Part shown: piece after piece, positions 38,356-49,789 of the stretch
How the letters are laid out: every line of letters begins with the position of its first letter
How positions within the stretch are numbered: the first letter of the stretch is position 1
NCBI RefSeq assembly: GCF_006345805.1
Contig: NC_043013.1
Span: forward strand, 41,602,001-41,666,000
Reading direction: 5' to 3'
DNA length: 64,000 bases
Source: Octopus sinensis
Lineage: Eukaryota
The notes under the pieces: model-generated
Database searches by the model: none
Told to the model about the DNA's origin: nothing
Seen by the model: only the letters and a program-made list of their open reading frames with translations
Position numbers and translations under genes: made by a program

Positions 38356-38790
38356 CGATCTGGTTAGTTCATTTGTGGATTTCTTACAGGTTTCCGCCAC
38401 CATTTTTCTACGTTCGACGCCTGTTCCTATCGTCGTCGTCGTCGTCGTCATCGTTATTTAGTCCCAGATCATCGCTGATCAATCAATTTTATGATCGCCG
38501 AAGGCATTCTAGACACGACCATTCTGTCGAATTACCTTCTCATCCCCTCCGACTACATTATCTAGATGGCGCTTAGTGACGTCAATCATTACATCCGTGC
38601 GTGATGATCCTGCGTGGACCTGCTTGGCGCGGATCCTAATCTGGTCAGGCTCCGGTAGAACAGTTATATGGAAACTCCTGGATGTTCAGTGCCAATACGC
38701 GGCACTTGGGGCAAGAGTCTTCTACTCAAGCCCTGGGTCGCTCTATGTCATTTGCGTGAATGCGACAGACGGAAGTTGTGAGGAAGTGAC
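38353..38790. promoter_or_regulatory. CpG-rich candidate promoter/enhancer (CRE, ETS, YY1-like motifs)
   Basis: AGATGGCG 38564-38571; TGACGTCA 38577-38584; ACGGAAGT 38769-38776; AGGAAGTG 38781-38788. CpG density is visibly above the window background. Confidence 0.4.
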
Positions 38791-39425
38791 CGGGTGTGTA
38801 TGTGTGTGTGTGTGTGTGTGCATGTGTGTATGTGTGTGTGTGTGTGTGTGAGTGTGTGTATGCGAGATATAAAAGATTATCGTTACTTCTGCTTTCGTTT
38901 CAGCTCATTCTCATGGATCCTTCTTTGTGTGTGTACGTGTGTGTGTGTGCGTGTAAGAGTGTGTGTACGTGTGTGTGTGTGTGTGCGTGTGTGTGTGTTT
39001 GAGTGTCTTTGTGTTTGTGTGTGTTTGTGTGTGTTTGTATGTGTGTATATGTGTGCGTGTGTGTATGCGAGATATAAAGGATTATCGTTACTTCTGCTTT
39101 AATTTCAGCTCATTCTCACGAACAAATACGGCATACAATCATTCTTTGTGTATGTGTGTGTGTGATACAGACACACGAGTGAATGGACAAACGAAAGAAA
39201 AGGAAACCCAACACATTTAATAGGAGTTACATGTACTATTCAAAACAGTTTGATTCGATTCCATGCGACTTAAAGTTTCGCAGGCCCCCACAAGAAGCCT
39301 ATCTCTTTTAGACTTTGGATTAAAATCCTGAAAGAGATGGGATTCTGTTGGAGACCTGAAAAACCTTAAGCCACATACAACCAGATCAAACTGTATTAAA
39401 TAATGTGTGTATGTGTGTGTGTGTG

Positions 39426-39590
39426 AAGGCGCATGGCTTAGTGGTTAGGGTATTGCACTCACGATTGTGAGATCGTGGGTTCGATTCCCAGATCGGGCGT
39501 TGCGTTATGTTCTTGAGCAAAGCACTTCATTTCACGTTACTATGCGATCGTTTCGACATCTGACATGCGGCACCCGTTGCACCTGTAATA
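39426..39590 (+). mobile_element. SINE family D (tRNA head + CORE-like segment)
   Basis: GGCGCATGGCTTAGTGGTTAG...GTTCGATTCCC...TTCTTGAGCAAAGCACTT; relatives at 45490, 46045 and 54618. Confidence 0.75.
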
Positions 39591-39744
39591 ATGCCTGAAA
39601 TTTCAGGGGAAGGGTAAGTCGATTACATCGACCGTCAGTGTTTCACTGGTATTTAATTTATCGACTGCGAGATTAGGTACCAGTGAAATATTGGGTTCTA
39701 CGAGATCAACTTTCCTCTTCCAGATAATAATAATAATAATAATG

Positions 39745-39822
39745 AGAAGAAGAAGAAGAAGAAGAAGAAGAAGAAGAAGAAGAAGAAGAAGAAGAAGAAG
39801 AAGAAGAAGAAGAAGAAGAAGA
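39745..39822. repeat. (GAA)n microsatellite
   Basis: Direct run. Confidence 0.95.
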
Positions 39823-40104
39823 TTCGCTTTCCGGAAGAATCCCTTTCCGGGACGATAAAATAAGTACCAGTTGAACAGTGTGGTCGATATAAAAGACTTT
39901 ACCCCTTCCTCAAAATTTCAAGCGAAATGCTTAGCGGCATTTCGTCCGTGTTTACGTTTCCACTTCAACACCCGCCGAGGTGGGCTTTGCCTTTGATCCT
40001 TTCGTGGTAGATAATATAAGTACCAGTTGAGTACTGGGGTCGATGTAATCGACTGTCGCCCTCCCCCAGATTTCAAGCTTTGTGGCAAAATTTGAAGCCA
40101 TTAT

Positions 40105-41416
40105 TAAATCAATAATAAATGACAGTAGAGACGTACAAGGAAACCGAACGAAAACAAAGATGGAGGGTCGCTAAACCAGAACGAGAAGAAAATCGTGAAC
40201 AGAGGTCACATGGTCGGATGTGTGGAAGCTGAGAAATATTTTTGACTAGTCTGCTGTAATATAAAGTAACAAGCCGCAGCAGACCTGTAATAAACAAGCA
40301 AAGTCATCCTCAGGCAAAGTGCTTCAAATGAGGCAGGGTGTTCACGCTTCTATTCCATTAAAGAAGGGAGGATAAATATTTAAGGGAAGGAAAGTATATT
40401 ATCTAAAATATTATTTATGACTTCCTTTGTTCCTAGTACGTTAACAGAATATTACTGCATTGCTGTGCTGTGCTGTGAAATAAATTGATAGATTTCAGCT
40501 AAGGCTGCATGTCATAAACAGATATAAGTAACTTGGGTTTGTATCTATCTATAAGGAGAGAAAAAGTTGATTAGCTGAAATGGTTTCATTCTTGTATTCT
40601 ATCTGATCAGAAATTGAGCACCTTTCCTCAGCACAGAGACATTGCTTTCAGAACTCGTTCGGCTTATCGGTTAAGCAGATTTTTATATTTAACACATACC
40701 TGGGCAGCTAAGTGAATTTCAATTAATAATTCACTGATGCGTTAACATTGTCTTGTTTTAATGTTATGCTGTATTATTAAATATATCTATAGATTTTAGC
40801 CGACACTATATAATAGTGACAAGGAGAATTATTTTCAAGGAAATAGAATAATTAGGAGAGAAGAAAACAGGAGAATAGAAAAATTAGAAGAAGAGAAAAT
40901 AATAGAAAGAAAAAATTAGAAGAGAAAAAAGAATAATCTATTATATAAAATCCCTTCTCTGTCTGCGTGTGTGTCTTCTAGGATCTCGGGTATCCTCCAT
41001 CTGATTGCGCTCAAATTTGATATGTAGATACGACGGTATCAGGGCGTGTATAAGTCTTGAAAAAAATTACAAAAATCGATTCCAGGTGAGAAAGCGATCG
41101 ATAAAGCCGTGGGAACGTGCATATGTATAATCGTTTTTCTTGGAATAGAAAAAAGTCTATCTTTATTTCTTCTTTTGCTGGTGTCTCAAGTTTAGGTCGA
41201 ATCAGTATTTCTCAAAGGGGAGGCATATGGGAATATAAGAAAATTTGGTTTAAATGTTTGACAACTTAGCACCGTCCATTGGACGGGTGGGTGCGTTTTG
41301 CTCGTTATATATATATATATATATATACTTACTGGGAAATGGATGCGTCACGTTCAATTAAATAATAAATAATATATAATATATAGTCTTCCTTTTGTCT
41401 CTCTCTCTCTCTCTTT

Positions 41417-41462
<46 letters not shown>

Positions 41463-41960
41463 GCATAGATGGGTACAGGACATCACTAACGGTGCAAATA
41501 ATACGAAATACGTAAACAAACAAGAGAAAACGAGTGAAATACGTAAACAACGAGAAAAATGGAAAACAGGACAAGTAAACACAGTGAAAGGACCCTTCAT
41601 CAGCTGTCGGCTGTCTATCTACTCCTCATGTTGACCATTCAATGGCAATATAAGTCTTCAAAGACAGTTGCTCCCATAAATTCTAAAATCAACTTTAGGA
41701 CTTACGGAGGGTCAAAGTTGGGAACAAAAAAAAAATGACAGTGGAGACGTACAAGGAAACCGAACGAAAACAAACATGGAGGGTCGTTAGACCAAAACGA
41801 GAGGAAAATAAGGAACAGAGGTCACATGGTCGGATGTGTGGCAGCTGAGAAATATTGTTGACTAGTCTGCTGTAATATAAGAGAAACCATCCACAACAAG
41901 AAAAGTCAACCTCGGGGAAAGTGCGTCGAACGAGGCAGGGTGTTCACGCTTCTATTCCTT
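40105..41960 (-). repeat. Two diverged direct copies of a ~250-bp repeat (40105-40370, 41735-41960), PLE-end-like
   Basis: GACAGT.GAGACGTACAAGGAAACCGAACGAAAAC...GAGGCAGGGTGTTCACGCTTCTATTCC occurs in both. Confidence 0.8.
40937..41304 (+). mobile_element. Non-autonomous Helitron
   Basis: 5' TC end (A|TCTATTATATAAAA); GC-rich subterminal hairpin CACCGTCC-ATT-GGACGGGTG at 41270-41289, about 11 nt before a CTCG|T end (degenerate CTRR). Confidence 0.65.
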
Positions 41961-41982
41961 TACTTTTGTTGACTGATCTGCT

Positions 41983-42025
<43 letters not shown>

Positions 42026-42599
42026 GTGGTGGTGGTGGTGGTGGTGGTAGTGATGGTGGTGGTGGTGGTGGTGGTGGTGGTGGTGGTAGTGTTTTTATTG
42101 TTGTTGTTGCTGTTGTTTTTGCTCTTGGTGTTTGGGAGTATTCAATATATAATAAAAATTCAAGATTCTCCTGAGGGACGACTAATGGTAGCACTTGATA
42201 ATTGGATCGTTTCTAAAGAGGAATCGAAAACGAATAACAAACTTGTAAGTAAAGCATCAAAGGTCTCTCCTGTGTTATATATATTTTCTGTACGTCAGTG
42301 CTATCAGATCATCTTACGTAAAACGACGTGAAGGGAGGGCTTTGCTGTTTTTCTTGTAGTTATTACTGCTGTTGCTGTCATTATTGTTGTTTCGCTCCGG
42401 GTCACTTTAAATATATTGCCAATACGAACGAGAAAAGGCAAGAGTGACGCAGTACACTTGGTAATTATAAAACTAAAGTGTTATGTTAAAATAAAAGCAG
42501 AGGAAAGCTTGTTTGAGTAGACATAAAACAACAATGGTAAATAGATAATAGGTTAGGAATAAAGACAGTGCATTGGAAAATAAGAAAGGAAAAGTGTTA

Positions 42600-43030
42600 T
42601 ATTGTCAGTTTGTCAGAAAATAACAGACATGGCGGAAGAAAAAGCAATGAGTTAGCTGAAAGATGGCGGACTAAATTTGGAAACAGAAACCTTTGTCATT
42701 GTTTTGTCAGAATAAATGATTAAAACAAACCTTGTTAAAATAAAAATAGACAGAAGCTAGAAAGATGTTTTAGGATGTGAGGTAAAGCAGACAAAGCGTT
42801 GCCTTTAAAGTGTTTTAATGTAGAAAGCGGAGAGAAAAATAGAAATGAAATATCGCGTGGTAGCTGAATGTTAAGCAAAGTCAGAATGACATTTTGGATT
42901 TAATGTCGATTGAAAATGGAGACATCACTAACAAATGCTGTTACTGAAAATGACTATTGTGAAAGATTGCAGATTACATCTACAGTATAAACTGACCATG
43001 TGATAAAAATCACAGGGACCTGGTAAACTT
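42600..43030 (+). pseudogene. R4/Dong LINE C-terminal fragment (pre-zinc-knuckle to RLE endonuclease)
   Basis: EKAMS*LKDGGLNLETETFVIVLSE*MIKTNLVKIKID matches the WL..G.L..ETE.....AQEQ.I.TN..K..ID motif. Confidence 0.7.
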
Positions 43031-43404
43031 AGAACAGAGATAAAAGTAAGTTTATAGATTTTATTGTATTATATAATGTATTAAAAAGGCGCTGGTCCAA
43101 ATGCTTAGCGACATTTATTGCGGCTCTTCGTGTTCTGAGCTCAAATCCTACCGAAGTCAACTTTATCTTTAATCTAATGGACTAATTGATAGGAGTTGAC
43201 TGATCGCTAAGTTCATAAATTTTATTGTATTCTGTCTTGTATTATAAAATGCTTTGTGGTGTTTCTTCCAGCTCGTTATGTTCTTAGATCAAATGCTGCT
43301 GAGGTCAATCTGTCGGGGTCGATTTAATCGTTTTGCCACTCCCCTTAAACATTTTACGGCCTTGCGCCCAAACTGAAAGAATTATGTAATATTTGGTTTC
43401 AACT

Positions 43405-43600
43405 TTTTGCACAAGGCCAGCAATTTTGGGGGAGGGGGTAAGTCGTTTACATTGACCCAGGACTCAGCTGGTACTTACTTTATGGACCCCCGAAAGGGAT
43501 GAAAGGCAAAGTCGACCTCGACGGAATTTGAACTTAGTACGTAAAAACGGACGAAATATCTCTTTAGCATTTTGTCCGGCTTGCTAACGATTCTGCTCGC
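43405..43600 (-). mobile_element. SINE family B, reverse copy
   Basis: Reverse complement of the family B head and body. Confidence 0.75.
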
Positions 43601-43628
43601 CGCCTTATAGAATTATGTAACATTAAAC

Positions 43629-43960
43629 ATAGAGACTGGTTATAATCATGAGAAATATAAAAGAAAGACGATTAGTAATAAGCGGCGCAGAGATCAAATT
43701 AGGTCATAATAGAGATAATAGCAAGATCATAGATGTTAATGAACACTTCTTGACAAGGACGATTTATAGAGTATACAGTATTATACAATATTGAGCATAG
43801 AGACTGGCTGTAACCATAAGAGAGATATAAGCATGTAAGATAATTTGTAATGAGAGGCCCAGAAATCATATTTAATCATAGCAAAGATAATAGTAAGATC
43901 AAGTTCTTTAATAACTGAATAATGAGAAATAGAGATTCTGTATGGCTGTAGCATAGTTAA
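43629..43960. repeat. Two diverged ~168-bp tandem units
   Basis: ATAGAGACTGG.T.TAA.CAT.AGA at 43629 and 43797. Confidence 0.5.
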
Positions 43961-44439
43961 AAGTGCGTAAGATCATAGAGTTTACTGCACTAAGTCATTA
44001 GAAGTACAGACACCACTTATGGTCATAAAATAGATGAAAGCAAAGTTTATAAATTCATAGACTGATTATGTTTTAGTCAGTAGAGGTGACAATATCCAGG
44101 ACTTTTCACAACTTCGAGACTGATAATGTTGATTAGCTGAAGCAGGGGATGTTACTGCTATGACCTTCGTTGGTCATTCGGGAAGGGTGAGATAAATTGA
44201 CTTAATCCAGGGATAAAACAATGCCAATGACATTCGCGGCGTCTCCCATTTTGATGAAATTGATTGGGTTGATCAGTGTCAATACGTCCTCAGACCTCAC
44301 ACGCTGGATTGGTGCAATTAATTGTTCTAATCAGAGAGAAGGGACCCTCCCCACCCAAATTGAGTGACTTCATCAGGGAGTAGGGTAGCATCAATGCTTT
44401 CACAGGCCTTCCCACTTTAGTGAGAGAGATTGCTCTTGT

Positions 44440-44560
44440 CAGAGTTAAGGACAGTGTTAAGGACAGTCAGGGCAGTTAAGGACAGTTAAAGACAGCTAGG
44501 ACAGTCAAGGACAGCTAAGGACAGTGTTAAGGACAGTCAGAGTTAAGGACAGTTAAAGAC
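44440..44560. repeat. Minisatellite of ~10-bp TTAAGGACAG units
   Basis: About ten imperfect units. Confidence 0.85.
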
Positions 44561-44690
44561 TTTCACAAAAACCTCCCGTGCTGAAGAAATTAATAGAATC
44601 GGTGTGAAGTTTGAATATCGATATGTTGAGAACTGCAATTAAACGAATGCAGAAAGGAAATGATACACAAGGTTAATACACAAGATTGTA

Positions 44691-45171
44691 CAAGGTGGCG
44701 CACGAAAACGTAGCCTGGGCTCCGTAGCATAGAATAACCTTTAGATAGAGGTTTAGCATTAAATAGAGACTACAGCAGAGTCGAAATAAAAGAAAGAGAA
44801 AAATGATTGAAAAATATATGAATTTGGTCAGAGAATTGTGAAATACAGAGAATACGGCAATAAATTTACTCGCACAAAGAAGCCTGCAGTATTTCGGTTG
44901 CAAGTATCATTGTGTTATATCGCCCGCATGTAAATGCTGAACAAAGATGGCACACCTAGTCGACTGTTTGCTACGTTATCCGCACTACGATTATTTGATT
45001 GTAAGACTGCATTGAGTTAACATCTCTTGCCTTTTTAGCAAAGTGACGCACTCGGTAGTGGTAAAAGTGGAGATTGTGGAAACGTATGCGAGAACGGGTT
45101 TTGGTAACTATATACGTTATGTATATACATTATGCTACGGAACCCGCTCTACCTTTTCGTGCGCCACCCTG
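44691..45171. mobile_element. Tc1/mariner-type MITE, 481 bp, TA target duplication
   Basis: TA|CAAGGTGGCGCACGAAAA ... TTTTCGTGCGCCACCCTG|TA (17/18 TIR match, similarity extends ~45 bp). Its interior recurs at ~46935-47035. Confidence 0.85.
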
Positions 45172-45797
45172 TATAATAGTATTTGGTGTGAACATAGGAG
45201 AGATACGTGTATTATGAGAGCCTGGATGAAAGTAATATAGAGATGCAAGTATTTAGTCCAGGGAGGAATAGGGGCAAGTATTAGTACGACAGAAGAAGTA
45301 GAAGAATGAGGTGACAATACATCCATGGGTCAGAGGTTGTAATGTGTTGGTACATGAGTCTTCCCTACTCAGTAGGATGGCCTTTTGGATGCTGTTTGGG
45401 ATTTTTGTTTGTCTAGCATTAACCCTACCCAGATTCACCAGGGGTATTCTGTTAAGGGTTATTCTAGAATTTTGTACGGCATTAAAAGCGTGGCCTATTG
45501 GTTACGGTGTTACACTCACGATCTTAAAATCGTGATTTCGATTCCTGGATCGGCCGGTGCGTTGTGTTCTTGAGCAAAACATTTCATTTCAAGTTGCTTC
45601 GGTCCACTCAACTGTAAAGGAGTTCCCACAATAGATGGAAAGTTAATCCTGCAACAGCAAGGCCTGTTTGTTACTACAGTTCTATATTTAAGAGATGAGG
45701 AATTATGTACATTATTTACATTATTTACATTTGACGGATATTTGTCCTAATCTTGTTTGCTGTTAGGATTGAGGACCCATGTTCGAAATTTTCCCAA

Positions 45798-45843
45798 GAC
45801 ACCTGATGAAGTCTGGAGGGTATATCGGCCGAAACGTTGTGTT
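45798..45843 (+). ncRNA. Degenerate type I hammerhead motif between ~58-bp inverted repeats
   Basis: GACAC-CUGAUGA-A-GUCUGG(AGGGUAUA)UCGGCC-GAAA-CG-UU-GUGUU. Flanking arms 45708-45765 and 45843-45900 are reverse complements. Confidence 0.5.
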
Positions 45844-46197
45844 AACAACAAACAATATGAGAACAAATATCCCTCAAATGAAAATAATGTAAATAATGTA
45901 GTGTTTGCTAGAGTTTGCGATCACGATCTTGAGCGCGTAGATTCGATTCCTGGATTGAGTATTAGACTGAGTTCCTGTATTAAAGTATTAAATGAGTTCC
46001 TGCAATAGCTGGCAATATAAACTTGCGACGAATCGACATCGAAAGTGTAGCCTATTGTGTAGGGCTTGCACTCACGATCGAAAACAGTGTGCTCTTGGTT
46101 CCCGGACTGGGTGACGCGTTGTGGGGTTTGAGCAAAACACATGATTTCACGTTGCTGCAGTCGACTCAGCTGTAAATATGTTCCAGTAATAGCTGGG

Positions 46198-46730
46198 AAG
46201 TTAACCCTGCGATGAACCGAGGGACCCTTCAGAGTTAAACATGTGAAGGACTAAGTGGCCCTTAAAAGTTAACCCGCAATGAACCGAAAGACGCGTCAGA
46301 GTTAACCCTGTGAAGGACTGAGAGACCCTTGAGAGTTAACTCTGTGACGGACCGAGGGATCCTTCAGAGTTGACCTGCAAAGAGCCGAAGGACACTTCAG
46401 AGTTAAGGAACCGAGTGACATTTCAGAGTTAACCTACGATGAACCGAGGGACCTTACAGAGTTAACCTGCATTGAACCGAAGGGCATTTCAGAGTTAACC
46501 TTATGACGGACCGAGTGACCTTTAGGAGTTAACCTGCGATGAACCGAAGGACCCTTCAGAGTTAACCTTATGACGGACCGAGTGACCCTTAGGAGTTAAC
46601 CTGCGATGAACCGAAGGACCCTTCAGAGTTAACCCTATGACGGACCGAGCGACCCTTAGGAGTTAACCTGCGATGAACCGAAGGACCCTTAAGAGTTAAC
46701 CCTATGACGGACCGAGGGACCCTTCAGAGT
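46198..46730 (+). repeat. 33/34-bp minisatellite, 16 units, with A/B higher-order alternation
   Basis: A = GAGTTAACCTGCGATGAACCGAAGGACCCTTCA; B = GAGTTAACCTTATGACGGACCGAGTGACCCTTAG. Follows directly on a SINE D body. Confidence 0.95.
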
Positions 46731-47231
46731 AGTGGAGTGTTGTAATTTCGGTTACTTAATCCCAACGCTATGGAAACCGAGTAAAGCAAAGGCTTTGTGA
46801 GCCCCAAGTGTAAGTAAAATGTTACTCGAAGCTGAAGTGTCTTTTTTTAGCCTTGTAGGAGAAGGTTAATATTTTTGTCCTATTATTTTACTGTTTTACA
46901 TGTAGCGATGCTATGATTGATCATCAAGAGGCTGAGGTTTAGCATTAAACAGTGATTACTGCAGAGTCGAAAGAAAAGAAAGAGACAAACAAAAAAATAG
47001 AAAAAATATATGAATTTGGTCAGAGAATTGAGAAAATTCTAGAAAATGGGAAATGAAAAAAGAACGTTCTTCTTGTTGTCGTCGATAACTGGGAAGAAGA
47101 CAAAAACGGCAAAGGCAGCTGTTTTGTGGTGAGGCTGACAATGGACAGAGAAGGGTTGAGGAAAAAAAAAGTCATCCATCTCTATTCAAAAAATCTTCAG
47201 TCTTACGGAGATTTGCTCTGAATGTGGTACT

Positions 47232-47955
<724 letters not shown>

Positions 47956-48060
47956 AATAGGCACATCGCACACATCTTACGTAGTGAACTTTCAAAAGAG
48001 TAAAAGTGAGAGCAAAAGAAACCAGGGCACATATACCCAACTCAGCACACTGAGCTGCCT
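47956..48060 (+). mobile_element. Very short 3' end of an R4/Dong-like LINE after (TAA)n
   Basis: IGTSH / ILRSELSKE* (one frameshift) resembles the L.GTAHILRKVLS C-terminus of RLE LINEs. Confidence 0.4.
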
Positions 48061-48104
48061 TCTGTGATGGAATGAAAGTACGCAATGAAAGAAAAAATGA
48101 CAAC

Positions 48105-48615
48105 TGTAGGATGATGATGATGATGATGAGGAGGAGGAGGAGGAGGAGGAGGACGACGACGACGACGACGACGATGACGACTACGATAATGATAATGATG
48201 TTGAGGAGGTGGGAAGGAGGGGAGGATGGGAAGGAGGGGAAAAGGTGGAGGAAGTGGAGGATGAGGAGGGGAGGGGAGGAGGAATAGGAGGAGGAATGGG
48301 AGGAATGGGAGGAATGGGAGGAAGAGGAGGAGGAATGGGGAGGAGGACGAATGAGGAAGAGGAAGAATGGGAAGAATGGGAGGAAAGGGAGGAAGAGGAG
48401 GAAGAGGAGGAAGAGGAGGAGGAATGGGGAAGATGAGGAATGGGAAGAATGGGAGGAAAGGGAGGAAGAGGAGGGAGAGGAGGAGGAATGGGGAGGAGGA
48501 ATAAGGAGGAGGAAAGACAGGAAGATGAGGAATGAGGAGGAAAGGGAGGAAGAGGAGGAGGAGGAGGAGGGGGAAGATAACGAGGAGGAAGATAATGACG
48601 ACGATGATTATGATG
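48105..48615. repeat. (GAT)/(GGA)/(GAC)n and GGGAGGAAT-type purine-rich low-complexity block
   Basis: Direct runs. Confidence 0.9.
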
Positions 48616-49035
48616 ACTTTTATTTGACACGGAGACGTCAAATGACAAAGAATGGCTGCAATTTGTGAGGAGAGGATTTCATAAAATCGTTTGAGGAAAA
48701 CATTATATGAAACGCATACAAAAAATATACGGATAAAATTTTCCTCCTTATATAGGAAGCCCTCCAACTGGGGCCAGTCATGTAATCGAAGTTAACCCCG
48801 AGCACTGTAGACGTGAGTTCTTGCCCAACAGTTCTTCTCCCGTCAACTGCTGCATGTTTAAAATATGTCTGTTCCTCTTAAGTGTTCTCACCAGTCACCA
48901 GCATTGTATGCAAATTCTCTTCCTTCACTTAAAAAATTGATGAGTGCTTGACCACGAAAGAAAATATCTACCCGCAATCTTTTCAGCCTCATGGGTTGTG
49001 TATTCTAAATGCAGTTATTAATATATTTGCTAAAG

Positions 49036-49720
49036 AAGGCGAGCTGGTAGAAACGTTAGCACGCTGGGCGAAATGCGTAGTCGTATTTCGTCTGCCGCTA
49101 CATTCTGAGTTCAAATTCCGCCGAGGTCGACTTTGCCTTTCATCCTTTCGGCGTCAATAAATTAAGTACCAGTTAGGCACTGGGGTCGATGTAATCGACT
49201 TAATCCCTTTGTCTGTCCTTGTTTGTCCCATCTGTGTTTAGCTCCTTGTGGGTAGTAGAGAAATAGGTATTTTGTCTGCCGTTACGTTCTGAGTTCAAAT
49301 TCCGTCGAGGTCGACTTTGCCTTTCATCCTTGCGGCGTCGATAAATTAAGTACCAGTTACGCACTGGTGTCGATATAATCGACTTAATCCCTTTGTCTGT
49401 CCTTGTCTGTCCCCTCTATGTTTAGCCCCATGTGAGCCATAAAGAAATAAGAATCGTTAGTACGCCAGGCGAAATGCTTTGACTTTTATTCTTTCGCGGC
49501 CGATAAAATAAGTAACAGTTGAGTACTGGGATCGATGTAATCAAATATCTATTTTATTAAAGGTAGCAACGTGGCAGAATCGTTAGCACATCGGGCTAAA
49601 TGCTTAGTATTTCGCCTGTCATTACGTTCTGAGTTCAAATTCCGTCGAGATCAACCTTGCTTTTCATCCTTTCGAGGTCGATGAAATAAATACCAGTTGA
49701 AAACTGTGGGTTGATGTTAT
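49036..49720 (+). mobile_element. Cluster of four head-to-tail SINE B copies/fragments
   Basis: Starts at ~49036, 49266 (5'-truncated), 49455 and 49560. Confidence 0.8.
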
Positions 49721-49789
49721 TTGAAACTACTATTACACTTGTTTTCCTATCTAGTCTAGCTAGTTTGCATAGAGTTCAAAGAATTTTAT

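Noticed and set aside
37842-38576. 244-aa Ser/Gly-rich ORF
   Set aside because: It is built from (AGT)/(GGT)/(AGC)n runs, with alternative frames equally open; no evidence of coding constraint.
40307-40343. Fourth example of the reversed GAAA-N25-CUGANGA motif
   Set aside because: It reads GAAC-N26-CUGAGGA; both spacing and box differ, so it was not counted.
46198-46730. CRISPR array
   Set aside because: Units are contiguous and mutually homologous, with no unique spacers; eukaryotic context and no cas genes.
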